DNA of 64,000 nucleotides from a virus (lineage: Duplodnaviria > Caudoviricetes). Of the stretch, positions 20,084-28,972 are shown piece by piece (position 1 is the first letter of the stretch; each line of letters starts with the position of its first letter). Both the position numbers and the translations under genes were made by a program. The DNA lies in IMG/VR virus record IMGVR_UViG_3300005611_001698, positions 96,001 through 160,000 of that record. One strand, written 5' to 3'. The notes under the pieces were generated by a model, which had not been told where the DNA came from, made no database searches, and saw only the letters and a program-made list of their open reading frames with translations.

Positions 20084-20245
20084 TTAAGTCCACTTTGGAG
20101 GATTATGTGGGCACTTTGCAAAGGGGAGTTTTGTCTTTAACTCCATAAAGCAATTACAAATAGAGCACCTCTTATATTTACCCTTCAAATATTCGCACGA
20201 TTCGCAAATTTTTAATCTTTCCTCAGCAGATAATTTTTCCATCAT
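20084..20245 (-). CDS. Cys-rich microprotein (53 aa)
   Basis: Not in ORF track. MMEKLSAEERLKICESCEYLKGKYKRCSICNCFMELKTKLPFAKCPHNPPKWT has six Cys and fills the gap before g17. Confidence 0.75.
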   Translation of the reverse strand: MMEKLSAEERLKICESCEYLKGKYKRCSICNCFMELKTKLPFAKCPHNPPKWT

Positions 20246-20268
20246 GATTGTAATATAATAATTATATA

Positions 20269-20559
20269 TTAGTCTTCACTTTCTTTTTTGAACATATCAG
20301 TCATTCTTTCATGAAGAGATCCGAATCCAGTTTCTAAATCTGCCATTCTCTTTTCCCAAGTATCTCCACCATCATCACCTTTTCTTGGGTTAATGCACTG
20401 ATGATTACCTAATCTATTACAAACAAGTCCAGCAAGGTCAAGTTCGTTCCCTTTCTTACCTGTGCCCGACCAATAGTGTTGGCCGTTAATCCAAACAGCA
20501 CCGCACTTAGGACATTCTGCTCTGCTCATGGACAGATCGGACATTTCTCTGTCGTTCAT
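20269..20559 (-). CDS. Small Cys-containing hypothetical protein
   Basis: CPKCGAVWINGQHYW...LVCN...CINP, typical of cyanophage ORFs near g17. Confidence 0.75.
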   Translation of the reverse strand: MNDREMSDLSMSRAECPKCGAVWINGQHYWSGTGKKGNELDLAGLVCNRLGNHQCINPRKGDDGGDTWEKRMADLETGFGSLHERMTDMFKKESED

Positions 20560-20564
20560 TTGTC

Positions 20565-20837
20565 TTATTCCTTATAGTTGGATAAATGAAGATTGAGTTG
20601 CTTCTTCAACCTCCTCCCCATAAACCACATTCTAGTCCTGACCCAAGCGTAGCGCAACTGTAAGTCAAGAAAAACAAAAACACGCAGAGTGCCTTCGACA
20701 CCTGCATATGCAATCATTAATACTACGATTAATAATGTAAAATAAAGTCCAATGATAGATGGATCCATTAAGGCACAGAGATATTTAATAATAGTATCTA
20801 TATGATACATTATTTCTGGATTATCGTCAAGTATCAA
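20565..20837 (-). CDS. Small membrane protein
   Basis: Hydrophobic stretch IIGLYFTLLIVVLMIAYAGV. The true start may be MDPSII. Confidence 0.6.
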   Translation of the reverse strand: MILDDNPEIMYHIDTIIKYLCALMDPSIIGLYFTLLIVVLMIAYAGVEGTLRVFVFLDLQLRYAWVRTRMWFMGRRLKKQLNLHLSNYKE

Positions 20838-20844
20838 ATGTTAC

Positions 20845-22200
20845 TTACCTAGTTTCTCGCCACTGAATAGTATTCCAAACATCTGTTGTCGTATTAGTAT
20901 CTAGGTTCCGAACAATAACGGCAAAAATATTACTGTCGTTGGAATCAATATTTTGTGCGATATAAGATCTTCTAGCAGTCGTTGGGTTAAATGCAACACT
21001 AGCAGATGCTTGTTTACCTGATGGATTATTAGCAGCAATCAAAGTTGCCTGTCTCAAATCTCCACCAGTTGTTGTGAAGTTAGTCCCTACCGTGACATTA
21101 TATTCAACTGCTGAATCATTATCAGCATCTACCCAAGTTCCACCAGTAATATTACTATTTCCAGGTAATCTCCAAAGTTCAATTCTGCAATTTGTAGAAT
21201 CACTCAAAACTTCAATGTCAGTTACTCTTACAGTTGTTCTGTTTGGAATTCCCTTAAATGTGTTCTTACAACGAATTGCCATAACACACTGTCTCGCAGT
21301 CGCACCACCAGCACTGGAAAAAGATATTGGACCATCAAAAGCACCAAACTCAACACCAGTCTCAACATATCCACCTTCACTCATTACAGTGGCACAAATC
21401 TGTTCCATTGATGTAATACCAACAGCAGTGCCAGTATTGGCAACTTCACATCGAATTGGTAGTGAAGGTAAACTCCAATATGCGTGTTCTAAATTATTTG
21501 CGTGTTGGAACTCATGGAAGTAATAATTTGTTCCATCTAAAACTAACCCACACCTAAGTCTTCCAACTCCCAACCACTGGAAGTCTGTGATAAACAGTTG
21601 AGTCTTTGTCCAATCAACAGTAATGCTGGAAAGACCCGTACCATCAAGTGGATCAAGACTCCAATTGACTTGATTAACTACAACGTCACTTGCAATGCCA
21701 GTATTATATGATCTTCTTACAATAGAAACTGTTCCATCTCCTGCCTGTTGCAAAAACACTCCGTTCCTATCATCAAAGTATCCAACTTTTTTTGTTGTGT
21801 TTTCTCTATAATCAATAAAGTTAAAACTTGCCATAGCAAACTGAGATTTGCCTGGCATATAGTGATGATACATTCTTGACTGGTGTATCACCTGTGAGGT
21901 TGAACCAACACCAACTATGAGTCCAATAGATGCTGTGTTTGCATTTACTTCTGTTGTAGAACCAGCACCAATTTTCTTCGTCAGTAATTCAACTTCTTCG
22001 CCATAAATGTGAGAATAGTCTGCAAGAGTATATGGTTCAGATACCCGCATTCTACCAAATGCATCATATCCTCCTCCACCTACTCCTGTGCCAACTCCAC
22101 AGTTTCCGATATTGCCATATCTATCGGCACACATGAAAACTTCATGAAGTGTCCTTTCTTGATTCAAATAATCTTGTGTATTCTTATTCCACTGAGCCAT
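20845..22200 (-). CDS. Putative virion structural protein
   Basis: 451-aa beta-rich ORF (DAFGRMRVS, YMPGKSQ, DFQWLGVG) in the late g16-g17 insert. Confidence 0.75.
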   Translation of the reverse strand: MAQWNKNTQDYLNQERTLHEVFMCADRYGNIGNCGVGTGVGGGGYDAFGRMRVSEPYTLADYSHIYGEEVELLTKKIGAGSTTEVNANTASIGLIVGVGSTSQVIHQSRMYHHYMPGKSQFAMASFNFIDYRENTTKKVGYFDDRNGVFLQQAGDGTVSIVRRSYNTGIASDVVVNQVNWSLDPLDGTGLSSITVDWTKTQLFITDFQWLGVGRLRCGLVLDGTNYYFHEFQHANNLEHAYWSLPSLPIRCEVANTGTAVGITSMEQICATVMSEGGYVETGVEFGAFDGPISFSSAGGATARQCVMAIRCKNTFKGIPNRTTVRVTDIEVLSDSTNCRIELWRLPGNSNITGGTWVDADNDSAVEYNVTVGTNFTTTGGDLRQATLIAANNPSGKQASASVAFNPTTARRSYIAQNIDSNDSNIFAVIVRNLDTNTTTDVWNTIQWRETR

Positions 22201-22206
22201 AATTTA

Positions 22207-22533
22207 TTAAACCCAATCTAATTTGGCAGGATGATATCTTTTACTGTTTGTAATGTTAATTGATTTAGTTCTTTTTTCTTCGACAGGATAAACGTTCTGA
22301 ACGATTGCGCCTGGGTATTCATCCTGAATATCTTCTGTCAAGTCTTTGTTGGAGGGAAGATCTCCATCAATAGAAAACTCCATTCGATAGAGATTACCTT
22401 CCCATACAACGTCAGCAACAAAGTTCTCGCCAACCGATTGTTGCTCTTGCTGTTCACCACCGATGATAAGTGTTCCGTTAAAGTCTCCTGCGATATTTAC
22501 GCTTTCGGAGAGAAATTGTTTGAAGGATTTCAT
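22207..22533 (-). CDS. Putative internal head protein with capsid-targeting-like N-terminus (108 aa)
   Basis: Start revised to ATG 22533 (TGATG overlap). MKSFKQFLSE resembles the T4 IPIII capsid-targeting sequence MKTYQEFIAE. Confidence 0.65.
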   Translation of the reverse strand: MKSFKQFLSESVNIAGDFNGTLIIGGEQQEQQSVGENFVADVVWEGNLYRMEFSIDGDLPSNKDLTEDIQDEYPGAIVQNVYPVEEKRTKSINITNSKRYHPAKLDWV

Positions 22534-24356
22534 CAGCAGTTCCACGCTCTAAGGGACTTATTGATTCTGCTATCGGGATCGTTAGCAGTCTTGGCAGAAG
22601 TCAGTTTCTTCTTCATGCCTTTCATTCTTGCACAGAATGATGCACGACGAGGATTGCCAACTTTCTTTGAAGGTGCTTTGAGATCCGAACCAGGATTCTC
22701 TCGCTCATAAGACTTACGTCCTTTTTCGTTCAAACCACCTGAGGGATTCTTGCCAGACTTCTTGGTCCAAGCAGCTGCTTCACTCATATCACTTGCAGCT
22801 TCTTCTTGCTCTTTCTCACTAGCATCATCTACACTATATTTTTCCCACATCTTAGGACCATATCCACATTGACTCTTGGTTTCTTTTTTCTTACAGAGTC
22901 TACAATATTTTTTTTCGGAATCAGACTCCTCTTGCATATGCATGTCAGTATTGCCACCTTTTTGAACTGCTTTTTGTTGCAGTTGAAGTTTTTGGCGATT
23001 AAGAACTAATTGCTTTCTTTGGATTGCCTGTTTTTGCTTATCCTCTTGTTCCGTTTGCTCACTTACTCTAATCAATGGTTGAGTTGGATCAACCGTAGAC
23101 TTCATATATTGAGTCACACGGGCATCAGGATAAATCTTTTGAACAGCATCAGTGACTTCTTGCTTAGATGGAATACTTAAACTTGGGAAAAACAGTTGCA
23201 TCATATAAAACTTTCCTCTGAAAGTGAGGAAAACTCTCATCAACTGACCATTTTCACGGGGAACCGTAACAGCCTCAATGACATTTGAACTATCTGCTTG
23301 TCCAGATACATTTTCAACCTCCTCTTTCTCGCAGCGGTTGTAAGTCTTACCAAAGAGTTTCTGTGTGCCTACTTTCTTATAACCTTTCCAGCACTTTTTC
23401 CCTGCCTCGTTAATCTCAATAGCACCAATTGATTCCAGAGCAGCGATCTGTGAGGGCGTGAACCCCTCTTTCTTGGTTTTATTGCCCCAACTATCGGCAC
23501 CGACTTTACGGCACTTTACAAGGGCACCAGAGGCATATGCAGAAGGCCATACTTTATAACGTGATTTGACCTTATGGTAACAAGCGTCTTTTTCCTCTCC
23601 ATAATGAAACTTTCTATCTTTTGTTTTTGTTGGAAGTTTACCACTTCTTACTTTTGTTGAAGAAGTTTCACCATATCCCTCAGGATGTTTACCAACTTTT
23701 GTTTTTCCAATGTTATCTGATTTTGCTTTACTCCCTTTTTCGGTATAATGCAACTTTGCTGGTTTATCTTTATCCTTTGTAATCACGGATTCCTGACCAT
23801 GTTTTCTACCAAGACGACGCATCACTTTTCCAAAACGCCTCTTTGACATTCCTTTTCCAGGACTGGTATGGTATGAAACTTCTCTTCCTGTTTCTCCGCT
23901 ACCATACTTATATTCACCTACACCTTTTTTATATCCAATACCATGTTTTTTTAGATCTTTTTCTAATCCCTTCCTCTTGGCACGATTTGCCTTTTCGTCA
24001 GACCCTCTATCTGCGGAAATGTGTCCAGTAGTTTGAGTCTTGGATTTGCTCATCGCTCTTGCAAGACCACCTTCTTGTACAAATTCTTCTGTCTTCACGT
24101 TGATTGCCTTCCCTGATCTTTCTGGATTTGGATCTTGACGATTCTTTCGACGAAATGCTCTCTCCTCTTCATCCTTAGAAAGATTGCGTTTCATCTTACT
24201 TGAACCACACTTTGGTTTAGTTGTTTGTCCTGGTTGCTTAGCACATGGTTTACCAGCATATTTGCCGCCAAGTTGAACCCAACCAGGTTTGCCATCAGAA
24301 GACTTACTCTTGCCAAACCAATCATGTAAAGAGGAGTCGCCGCTCTTGTTCGCCAT
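22533..24356 (-). CDS. Modular basic late protein, putative protease-processed internal head polyprotein
   Basis: Lys/Arg-rich modules separated by short hydrophobic-X-E linkers; late promoter directly upstream. Confidence 0.7.
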   Translation of the reverse strand: MANKSGDSSLHDWFGKSKSSDGKPGWVQLGGKYAGKPCAKQPGQTTKPKCGSSKMKRNLSKDEEERAFRRKNRQDPNPERSGKAINVKTEEFVQEGGLARAMSKSKTQTTGHISADRGSDEKANRAKRKGLEKDLKKHGIGYKKGVGEYKYGSGETGREVSYHTSPGKGMSKRRFGKVMRRLGRKHGQESVITKDKDKPAKLHYTEKGSKAKSDNIGKTKVGKHPEGYGETSSTKVRSGKLPTKTKDRKFHYGEEKDACYHKVKSRYKVWPSAYASGALVKCRKVGADSWGNKTKKEGFTPSQIAALESIGAIEINEAGKKCWKGYKKVGTQKLFGKTYNRCEKEEVENVSGQADSSNVIEAVTVPRENGQLMRVFLTFRGKFYMMQLFFPSLSIPSKQEVTDAVQKIYPDARVTQYMKSTVDPTQPLIRVSEQTEQEDKQKQAIQRKQLVLNRQKLQLQQKAVQKGGNTDMHMQEESDSEKKYCRLCKKKETKSQCGYGPKMWEKYSVDDASEKEQEEAASDMSEAAAWTKKSGKNPSGGLNEKGRKSYERENPGSDLKAPSKKVGNPRRASFCARMKGMKKKLTSAKTANDPDSRINKSLRAWNC

Positions 24357-24377
24357 TCCTAGAAGAGAGTCTCTTTT

Positions 24378-24385
24378 TATTTATA
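24378..24385 (-). promoter_or_regulatory. Late promoter TATAAATA for the 607-aa gene
   Basis: Exact consensus; contains the TAA stop of the upstream ORF. Confidence 0.85.
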
Positions 24386-26120
24386 CTTCTATGGCAGTAA
24401 AGACAGTTTTGAAAGTGGTTTGAGCACCAGATGCTGGATATCCAATCAATCTCAAAGATCCACCATTAATATCTGTTGAGAAAGTTGCTACTCCTACCGG
24501 TTGATTTATAGTTCCATATTCAGACATGTATGTAGTTGTTCCGTCATGTATCACACTAATAGTGGTTGAATTATAATTTGTACCCTCAGTTACTTGAATC
24601 TGATAGTTAACAGATCTATAAGTAGAAGCACTGATCGACATTACAACTGCTGGCCCAGTTGAATTTGTTGTTAAAACACCAGACTGAATATCACCAGCAA
24701 TGAGTTCTAAATTTGTTGCAGATACTGGCGCAAAAGTAAACTCAGAAGAAGATGCATCATACCTTAAAAATCTACCATCTCCAAGGTTTGAAGAGTTTAC
24801 ATCAGTCAAACTAATCAAAGTGGATGATCCACTTAATGCAGTGCTGGCAATACCAACCCATTTAGAATTTGTCTGATCGTAAATAAGAAGTTTGTTATTG
24901 CCTGTTGCTCCGTCAAATTCAACATCATCAAGATCTTTGATAAATCCTGCTCCGCCGCCACCCATTGTTGACAGTTGAGTCTGAACTCTGTTTATGAAAA
25001 TTCTATAATGCTCTGCCAGATCTTTTAGTGTGGCAAACTTTTGATCCATTGGGGTGAGTGGATCTTGTCCTGTTCCGATGTTTTCTGGTTCATCTGGTGG
25101 TTCCGTTAGGAGATAGTTCTCCTGTAAGTCCTCAATCCTTTCCTGCTTTATTTGAATCTGTTCAACGATCTCTCTTAAACTTTCAAAGTTTTTGAGATCC
25201 TCTTTTATCTTATTGATATCTTCTTCATAATATTTTGGTTTTGGTAAACCATTGAGTTTATTTTTGAGAGAATCTACTTCAACATCAATTTTATTTCCAA
25301 CATACTCAAATTTTTTATTTAAAGATTCTTCAATCCTTTTTACAGTCTCAGCAGTTACATCTGATACATCATCTATCTTATTATTAACTTGATCTGTTAT
25401 AACGATTTCAAACTCTTTTTGATTATCTTTAAGTTTCTTTTGGAGTTTCCAAATAATTTCAGATTGTTCTTTCAGTTGATTGAAAATCTGTTCTTTAAGA
25501 GTTCCAACTCTATCATGGATATTTTTAAAGTCCGTTTTGGATTCAAAAGCAAAAACTTCTTTTTCTTCTTCAATTCTGTTTAACTCATCTTGAATACGGG
25601 AAGAAATAGTTTCTACACAATCTTCAACTATCTTAAATCGCTCATCAACTGTATTGAAAGTTTGCCCAACCCATGTAAAATCAGGAACTTCTGTGACTTT
25701 ATCGATCCAGGATGGAAGTGAAGGAATCGATTGTTTTACTAACTGTATAGATTCTTTGATTATTTCAAGTTCTTCCTCATAATATCTTACCTCTGGAACA
25801 ACTGGAATAGATGCTTTTATATCATCAATAATCTCACAAATTGCTTCAAGTTCTTTGTCATATGTTTTTATTTCAGGTATTTCTGGAATATTTTCGCGGA
25901 CATTATTGATTAGACGTAAAAGTTCTCCCCATTCTGGTGCCTTAACAACATCAGATATTTCAATGCTGGGATTGCCATCAAGATCGTCAATAACTTGAAT
26001 ATCTTCTTCTACACTCTCTTCCTGCAAATATTCTTCAACCGAAGGAAGTAACACGGTTTGCCCAACGATATCTTCAATAGATGGTAATTCGTTACTATGC
26101 TTTTGGGGCATTTTAATCAC
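24381..26120 (-). CDS. Coiled-coil protein with C-terminal virion-type beta domain
   Basis: Acidic coiled coil with repeated PxxxYY(D/E)E motifs, a GGGGAG hinge and LxDLxDV repeats. Confidence 0.75.
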   Translation of the reverse strand: MIKMPQKHSNELPSIEDIVGQTVLLPSVEEYLQEESVEEDIQVIDDLDGNPSIEISDVVKAPEWGELLRLINNVRENIPEIPEIKTYDKELEAICEIIDDIKASIPVVPEVRYYEEELEIIKESIQLVKQSIPSLPSWIDKVTEVPDFTWVGQTFNTVDERFKIVEDCVETISSRIQDELNRIEEEKEVFAFESKTDFKNIHDRVGTLKEQIFNQLKEQSEIIWKLQKKLKDNQKEFEIVITDQVNNKIDDVSDVTAETVKRIEESLNKKFEYVGNKIDVEVDSLKNKLNGLPKPKYYEEDINKIKEDLKNFESLREIVEQIQIKQERIEDLQENYLLTEPPDEPENIGTGQDPLTPMDQKFATLKDLAEHYRIFINRVQTQLSTMGGGGAGFIKDLDDVEFDGATGNNKLLIYDQTNSKWVGIASTALSGSSTLISLTDVNSSNLGDGRFLRYDASSSEFTFAPVSATNLELIAGDIQSGVLTTNSTGPAVVMSISASTYRSVNYQIQVTEGTNYNSTTISVIHDGTTTYMSEYGTINQPVGVATFSTDINGGSLRLIGYPASGAQTTFKTVFTAIEV

Positions 26121-26128
26121 AGTTTTAT

Positions 26129-26545
26129 CTATTTATTTTGTGACTTTTGTGCATCTTTTAACATCTTTGTAAGATCGGCAGTTGATCCCACAAATAAAGC
26201 ATTTGTGACATTTGTTGGACCTTTTGGAATATCTTCCTCAACATCTTTCAGTTTCTTTTGAAGATCCATCAGTTTATCTGTTGCATCAGAAACACTCTTA
26301 ATCAACTGACCAGCAACCTCATATGCTCTTGGCATTTCACTTTCTTGTGCAAGTTCAAGAATACCATTAATAGCCTCCTGTCCTTTTTCAATGATGCTAT
26401 AAAGATTACCTCTGGTGTATTCATAATCTTTTCTAACATCAGATCGATCTGAGTTAGCTTCTGGTTTTTTTATTTTAACATCCTTTGTTGCCGCTACTAT
26501 TTCAGTGGCGACATCAAATGTTTGATCTAGGTCATCAAATTTCAT
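26129..26545 (-). CDS. g16: Terminase small subunit (gp16)
   Basis: DYEYTRGNL, PRAYEVAGQLIK and NALFVGST motifs; follows g15. Confidence 0.95.
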   Translation of the reverse strand: MKFDDLDQTFDVATEIVAATKDVKIKKPEANSDRSDVRKDYEYTRGNLYSIIEKGQEAINGILELAQESEMPRAYEVAGQLIKSVSDATDKLMDLQKKLKDVEEDIPKGPTNVTNALFVGSTADLTKMLKDAQKSQNK

Positions 26546-27570
26546 TAGTCTGCACTAAAATCTTGGAAGAAAGAAACAGTTTCATTGAAACCGAAGTCAT
26601 CTCCAACTTCAATGAGAGCATCATCAGCACTGTTCAGAATATTAACACCAGATCCTTTAACATGATCCACAGCGATTGTTCCATCTTTACCTCTCTGAAC
26701 CTTGATGTTGTTACCAGTGATGGATTCAATAAACATTTCTTCATCATTGATAGTAATATAGGTCTCCTCTGTAAATGGAGATGTATCTGTAAGAGTTAGA
26801 ATAGTCTCAGTGCTTTCAATATCTTCATCAAGGAATGCAGATGCATCACCAACATAATTTTGTGTTGCTCTTGGTGTTACAGTATAACGAAGTTCTCTTC
26901 TAGGATTCTTTGTATCTAAGTTAGTCATATAATCAAGAGTAGCTCTCTTAATAATACCAGCACTTTGATCAGGAACAGGACCGAACAGATAAGTCTTGGC
27001 AGTAAATCTTAAAGTATAAATCAGTGCCCTTCTTGTGGAAAAATCTCCTTCATAATCATCAGTAAAATTTACTGAATCTAAAACGATTGGAATATCTCTT
27101 TTTTCGTTTATTTCTCCAACGAGAGTTACAGTAACGTTATATGATGGTTGAAAATATGGAAGAATTTGTTCAACAATTTGCAATGCGTCATCATTCAACT
27201 TAGTCATAATACTAAGTTGAAAATCCATATTATATGGAACTGGCATATATGCTTTTTTAACCGTTGATCCAGAATCAACTTTTTTTGATAAAAATGTTTG
27301 AGTTTGAGAAACTTTTCTTGAAGGATCGTATGTCAAACCAGTAAACTCGAATGACATCCTTGGAAGAGTTAAAGATGTTGCTTTATTGAGATCTGCTTGC
27401 TGTTCAAGACGTGCCAAAAACTTCTGAGTTGGACCATAAGCCAAAGGAACTTTCATCACGCTAACAGTATTATCGCTACCGTCAGTATGTTTGATTGTGA
27501 TGTTATTAAATAAAGTTCCAAAGGCAATAACAGTCCTTCTTAGAACCTCATTGTAAAAATATTCAAACAT
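26545..27570 (-). CDS. g15: Tail sheath terminator/neck protein (gp15)
   Basis: FGTLFN, VPLAYGP, LPRMSFE, PVPY and QIVEQILPYFQP motifs. Confidence 0.96.
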   Translation of the reverse strand: MFEYFYNEVLRRTVIAFGTLFNNITIKHTDGSDNTVSVMKVPLAYGPTQKFLARLEQQADLNKATSLTLPRMSFEFTGLTYDPSRKVSQTQTFLSKKVDSGSTVKKAYMPVPYNMDFQLSIMTKLNDDALQIVEQILPYFQPSYNVTVTLVGEINEKRDIPIVLDSVNFTDDYEGDFSTRRALIYTLRFTAKTYLFGPVPDQSAGIIKRATLDYMTNLDTKNPRRELRYTVTPRATQNYVGDASAFLDEDIESTETILTLTDTSPFTEETYITINDEEMFIESITGNNIKVQRGKDGTIAVDHVKGSGVNILNSADDALIEVGDDFGFNETVSFFQDFSAD

Positions 27571-27607
27571 TTTAACTTATTAAATCTATGTTAACTATTT
27601 AACACTT

Positions 27608-28972
27608 TTATGCTTCGCCAAATGGATTTCTTTGAGTCCAATCAACAATTTCATCTGCTTCTCTTTGAATATTGTCATTATCCGCAAATGTATCTAATAA
27701 ATCATCCGTATTGGTATTCTTCAATGTATAAACCGCACCAGAGTCTGCCCCAGTGATAGATTCGCCATAAGTAAAGGTTCCAGTTGCAATAGTAACTCTA
27801 AGTGTATTGTTCGAAGAGTTCCATTCTTTGACTCTTGCCTGAGTTCCAGATGTTCCACCAGTGACAATTTCATTGAAGATAAAGTCTCCTGAACCAATCA
27901 ATGATGGATCGCTGATTGTAATCGTTGGAGAAATTGTATATCCATAACCAGCATTTGAGATTCTGATTGCTGTCACAGTTCCAGCAGAACTTACAATTGC
28001 CTCGCCAAGAGCAGTTACACCAGTACCAGGAGAACTAAACGTAACTGTTGGAGTTGTTGAATATCCAGCACCACCACTAGTAATTGTTAAGATGCCGACA
28101 CCACCTGTGGTGGCAATGCCCACCGTTGCAGCAGCACCTGCTCCTCCGCCACCAACAAATGCCACAGATGGTGGCACTGTATATCCAGATCCAGGATTAG
28201 TGAGAACAACACTATCAAGTGAATATGCTGTTGCAAATCCAGTTCTGGATGTTGTGATAGCAACAGCAGTTGCATTAATTCCAGGAGAGGAAGAAATTGC
28301 AACTATTGGTGTTGATGTATATCCTTGACCTCTATTTGTCAGACTAATAAACTGGATGCCACCATTTACAAACGTAGCAGTTGCAGTTGCAGTTGATCCA
28401 ATTCCAAGGAGAGTAAGGGTCTCAGAGTATCCAGCATCTTTTGTGCTGTCATCGATTTCATCAACGCCAGTATCGATGACCTCATCTTCATAGCGGAAGA
28501 CTTCACATCTCAGTTCATAGGTATAAAGTTTTTGTAGTTGATAGAAAGGATCAGCACGTTCTACAAACTTGATCTCATACAATCTATCGTCAAGTGGAAA
28601 ATATATTAAATCTCCTTCTTTTGGTCGTGTTACCAACTCAACATTTGATTCATTTTTCATCAAAGGTTGAATATATGTCTCCCACCTATCTTTTGAAATG
28701 ACAAGAGTAATATCTTCCTGTGCCTGAACACCAAACCTTGACATCAAAATGCCAGCACCCTCATAAGCATCTGATTTTACATATGCCTCAATGGGATATG
28801 CATCATCAAATTTTGATTGAATAACCTCTTTGATGATTGTATTTTTCGTTAAATACTTTCTTGGAATATAATGAACATCGACTCCATACATGCGAAGTTG
28901 TTCGTTGATCAGATCTTGAACAAGACTCTGCTCACCTCTGGTTCCTTGTGAAAAGTAGGGATTTAAAGCCAT
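27608..28972 (-). CDS. g14: Neck protein/head closure (gp14)
   Basis: YGVDVHYIPR, RPKEGDLIYFP, PFYQL and C-terminal NPFG, with inserted GxGYT repeats. Confidence 0.95.
   Translation of the reverse strand: MALNPYFSQGTRGEQSLVQDLINEQLRMYGVDVHYIPRKYLTKNTIIKEVIQSKFDDAYPIEAYVKSDAYEGAGILMSRFGVQAQEDITLVISKDRWETYIQPLMKNESNVELVTRPKEGDLIYFPLDDRLYEIKFVERADPFYQLQKLYTYELRCEVFRYEDEVIDTGVDEIDDSTKDAGYSETLTLLGIGSTATATATFVNGGIQFISLTNRGQGYTSTPIVAISSSPGINATAVAITTSRTGFATAYSLDSVVLTNPGSGYTVPPSVAFVGGGGAGAAATVGIATTGGVGILTITSGGAGYSTTPTVTFSSPGTGVTALGEAIVSSAGTVTAIRISNAGYGYTISPTITISDPSLIGSGDFIFNEIVTGGTSGTQARVKEWNSSNNTLRVTIATGTFTYGESITGADSGAVYTLKNTNTDDLLDTFADNDNIQREADEIVDWTQRNPFGEA

Noticed and set aside
20083-20121. TTG-start extension of g17
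   Set aside because: It overlaps the 53-aa Cys-rich gene, and conserved gp17 sequence begins at MSGEVYLGNPNLK.
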